Shown one piece after another: positions 35,340 through 37,685 of a stretch of 37,685 bases of DNA; position 1 is the stretch's first letter; the number at the start of each line of letters is the position of its first letter. This DNA comes from Polyangiales bacterium. Its GTDB lineage: Bacteria > Myxococcota_A > Polyangia > Polyangiales > Ga0077539. The stretch is from positions 1 through 37,685 of the forward strand of contig JBDHVF010000002.1 of assembly GCA_039809605.1 (NCBI GenBank). The letters are read 5' to 3'. Made by a program: the position numbers and the translations under genes. The notes under the pieces were generated by a model. It was not told the DNA's origin. It saw nothing but the letters and a program-made list of their open reading frames with translations, and searched no databases.

Positions 35340-36686
35340 TCAGCGGCAGGCCTGGAGCCCGCCGCAGCCGTTGGTGAGGTACGGGAGCGTCTGGGCGCAG
35401 CCGCCCATGTCTTCGAAGGTGTTGGTCGCCATGAAGTCGGGCGAGGCCGCGCCGCGCCACCCGCGGAACACGCCGTGCCCGCTGCCGTGCGCGATGCGCG
35501 TGTCGCGCACGAACGCCGTCGCGGGCGCCGCCGTGAAGATGATCGCCGCCTCGTCGCCGCGCACGTCGCTGCACGTCGCGAGCACGCAGCCGCAGTCGTG
35601 GCCCGTGTACTCGAGGGTCACGTGCTCCAGGCGGTTCTCCGCCGCGGGCACGCCGCCGTACCAGAGGCCCATCCAGTCGCCGGGGCGCGGCGACGGCGCG
35701 GCGCTGGTCATCACGACGGGGCGCGCGGCGGTGCCGACCGCGCGCAGCACGCCCGACGCCGCGAAGTCGCCCGTGAAGTGCTCGACCTCGAGGCGCACGC
35801 CGGGGTGAAAGCGCATCACCACGCCGGGCTCGATCGTGAGCGTCGTGCGCCGCGGCGCGTCGCGCCCTCCCGCGCCGATGGCGAAGCGGTCGACCGCCGA
35901 GTCGCCGATGCGATAGGGCACGCCCCGGTCGCGCAGGGTGGCGTCTTCTTGAAGCCCGCCGCGGCCGTTGGCGCCCTCGGGGCTCACGAGCACCTCGTCG
36001 ACGCGGTTGCCCGTGTACGCGCCCGAGGGGAGCGCGTCGATCGCGTGCTCGCCGATCACCACGGCGAAGGGCACCGCGTCGCCGCCCGAGCGCGTGACCG
36101 CGAGGCCCGTCGAGCCCGGCGCGAAGGTGCCCGCGCGGTCGGCGCGCACGCCGGGGCCCATCGACCCCTCGACCGTCACGTGGTCGACGAGCGCCACGGG
36201 CTTCGCGGGCGTCGCGCCGTCGCCGCGCAGCACGAGCGTCGCGTGGCCGTGAAAGCGGTCGCCGCCGCCGTCGGAGAGGCGCACGTGGCGCAGCGACGCG
36301 CGCGCCGGGTGCTCCACGGTCACCTGCGACCAGCGCGCGCCGCCGTCGCCCTCGAAGGTGATCGGGAGCTGCGCGGTGCCCTCGGCCACGAGGCGCGCGC
36401 CGGGCCGCGCCGCGGTGAGCGACGCGTCGCGCGCGAAGCGCACCCGCGCGCAGGGCTCGATCGTGAGGGTGACCCCCTCGCCGAGGGTGACGTCGCCGCG
36501 CACGAGGTGGGCGCCCGCCGCCCAGCGCTCGCTCTGCGCGATCGGGCGCGAGTGCTCGACGGGCGCCGACGAGGGCACCGGGCAGCCCGAGGGCGACGGG
36601 GTCTCCTCGGGCGGAGGGCCGCACGCGGCGAGCGGCGTGAGCGCGGCGGCGGCGAGAACGGAGAGGCAGAGACGGGTGTGTTGCAT
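35340..36686 (-). CDS. Hypothetical lipoprotein, possibly a beta-helix-type fold
   Basis: ATG at 36686 gives MQHTRLCLSVLAAAALTPLAACG (lipobox). Repetitive beta-rich segments (VTLTIEPCARVRF, TTLTIEPGVVMRF) are present. It lies 23 nt upstream of the TolB-like gene on the same strand. I cannot assign a family. Confidence 0.65.
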   Translation of the reverse strand: MQHTRLCLSVLAAAALTPLAACGPPPEETPSPSGCPVPSSAPVEHSRPIAQSERWAAGAHLVRGDVTLGEGVTLTIEPCARVRFARDASLTAARPGARLVAEGTAQLPITFEGDGGARWSQVTVEHPARASLRHVRLSDGGGDRFHGHATLVLRGDGATPAKPVALVDHVTVEGSMGPGVRADRAGTFAPGSTGLAVTRSGGDAVPFAVVIGEHAIDALPSGAYTGNRVDEVLVSPEGANGRGGLQEDATLRDRGVPYRIGDSAVDRFAIGAGGRDAPRRTTLTIEPGVVMRFHPGVRLEVEHFTGDFAASGVLRAVGTAARPVVMTSAAPSPRPGDWMGLWYGGVPAAENRLEHVTLEYTGHDCGCVLATCSDVRGDEAAIIFTAAPATAFVRDTRIAHGSGHGVFRGWRGAASPDFMATNTFEDMGGCAQTLPYLTNGCGGLQACR

Positions 36687-36840
36687 GAGCGCCCCGTTGA
36701 GCAACGCGCGCGCCACTCGTCACCGAGGGCTTGTTTTCAAGCGCTTCGAGCGGGGGGCGGGGGCCGCGTTGCGCCGACCCTGCTCGATTCGGGCCGCTGC
36801 GGCGCGACCCGTTCGGCTGTGTGATACTCGGCGCCCGCCC

Positions 36841-37685
36841 GTGCGCACCGGCCAGGTCATCGACGATCGCTTCGTGCTCGAGCGCCTCGCGGGCGCGGGC
36901 GGCATGGGGAGCGTGTACCGCGCGCGGGACCTCTCCACGGGCGAGCACGTCGCGGTCAAGGTGCTCGCCGAGGCCACCGAGCACGAGGCCCGCTTCACGC
37001 GCGAGGCCGAGCTGCTCGCGTCGCTCACGCACCCGGGCATCGTGCGCTACGTCGCCCACGGCGCGACCGCCGGGGGCCAGCGCTACCTCGCGATGGAGTG
37101 GCTCGACGGCCAGGACCTCGCCGCGCGGCTCTACGAGCGCGGGCTCCCCATGGCCGACGGCGTGCGGCTCGTGGCGCGCGTCGCCGAGGCCCTCGGGCAC
37201 GCGCACGCGCGCGGGGTCGTGCACCGCGACGTGAAGCCCGCGAACCTCTTCCTCGTGGGCGGCGAGGTCGAGTCCGCGAAGGTCATCGACTTCGGCATCG
37301 CGCGCGCGGCGCGCGGCGCGGGCACGCGCACCGGGGCCATCCTCGGCACGCCGGGCTACCTCGCGCCCGAGCAGGCCCGCGGCGGCGCCGAGGTGGGGCC
37401 GCGCTCCGACGTCTTCTCGCTGGGCTGCGTGCTCTTCGAGATCCTCACGGGCCGCGCGCCCTTCGTGGGCGAGCACTTCGTCGCCGTGCTCGCGAAGATC
37501 CTCGCCGAAGACGCCCCCTCGGCGCGCGACCTGCGCGACGAGGTGCCGGCCGACCTCGACGCGCTCGTCTCGCGCATGCTCTCGAAGGACCCCGCGCACA
37601 GGCCCGAGAGCGGCGCTGCGGTGGCCGCCGCGCTGCGCGCGCTCGGCGACGTCGGCGTCGACCCGACGGGCGCGCCGCGGCGCGT
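36841..37685 (+). CDS. Ser/Thr protein kinase (Hanks type), 3'-partial at the window edge
   Basis: My own translation from GTG 36841 reads VRTGQVIDDRFVLERLAGAGGMGSVYRARD, VAVKVL, HRDVKPANLF, DFGIAR, GTPGYLAPEQ and SKDPAHRP. It is not in the ORF track because it runs off the window end. Confidence 0.85.
   Translation, partial: MRTGQVIDDRFVLERLAGAGGMGSVYRARDLSTGEHVAVKVLAEATEHEARFTREAELLASLTHPGIVRYVAHGATAGGQRYLAMEWLDGQDLAARLYERGLPMADGVRLVARVAEALGHAHARGVVHRDVKPANLFLVGGEVESAKVIDFGIARAARGAGTRTGAILGTPGYLAPEQARGGAEVGPRSDVFSLGCVLFEILTGRAPFVGEHFVAVLAKILAEDAPSARDLRDEVPADLDALVSRMLSKDPAHRPESGAAVAAALRALGDVGVDPTGAPRR

Overview
The window has two compositional compartments. Positions 1 to about 6740 are roughly 50% GC. 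They carry a serine-recombinase remnant, a small acidic ORF, a cytoplasmic trypsin-like protease, and a tightly packed minus-strand ABC-uptake operon. In that operon the ATPase is fused to a 3-dehydroquinate-synthase-like domain, followed by a permease, a lipoprotein sugar-binding protein and a DUF697-like protein.

From about 6740 onward the DNA is very GC-rich (63-80% in the lines I counted). Its gene content looks Myxococcota-like, which is an inference from Cys-rich CGxCG lipoproteins, many Ser/Thr kinases and ubiquitous shadow ORFs. A 206-bp element bounded by perfect 32-bp inverted repeats sits just right of the break.

The GC-rich part contains:
- an eight-gene, translationally coupled minus-strand operon (15240 to 7112): membrane-anchored GTPase, unknown TM protein, two paralogous helical/PEGA-like TM proteins, three Cys-rich lipoproteins and an active Ser/Thr kinase
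- an orphan type VI secretion island: tail-anchored pseudokinase, VgrG, PAAR with a C-terminal extension, and an LCAT/PGAP1-like lipase with no obvious immunity gene
- a hybrid histidine kinase and a single-domain response regulator
- an IS scar in which an IS21 copy (istB plus 5'-truncated istA) abuts a 5'-truncated IS1634-family transposase
- a three-gene RHH / DUF6602-type PD-(D/E)xK / 99-aa cluster, which I consider the best candidate for an undescribed toxin-antitoxin or defence module
- cytochrome P450, multicopper oxidase, a LysR regulator, a VOC protein, two lipoproteins and a partial Ser/Thr kinase at the right edge

I could not recognise any rRNA gene, intact tRNA gene or CRISPR array. 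Many long track ORFs in the GC-rich part are antisense or out-of-frame shadows and were rejected.
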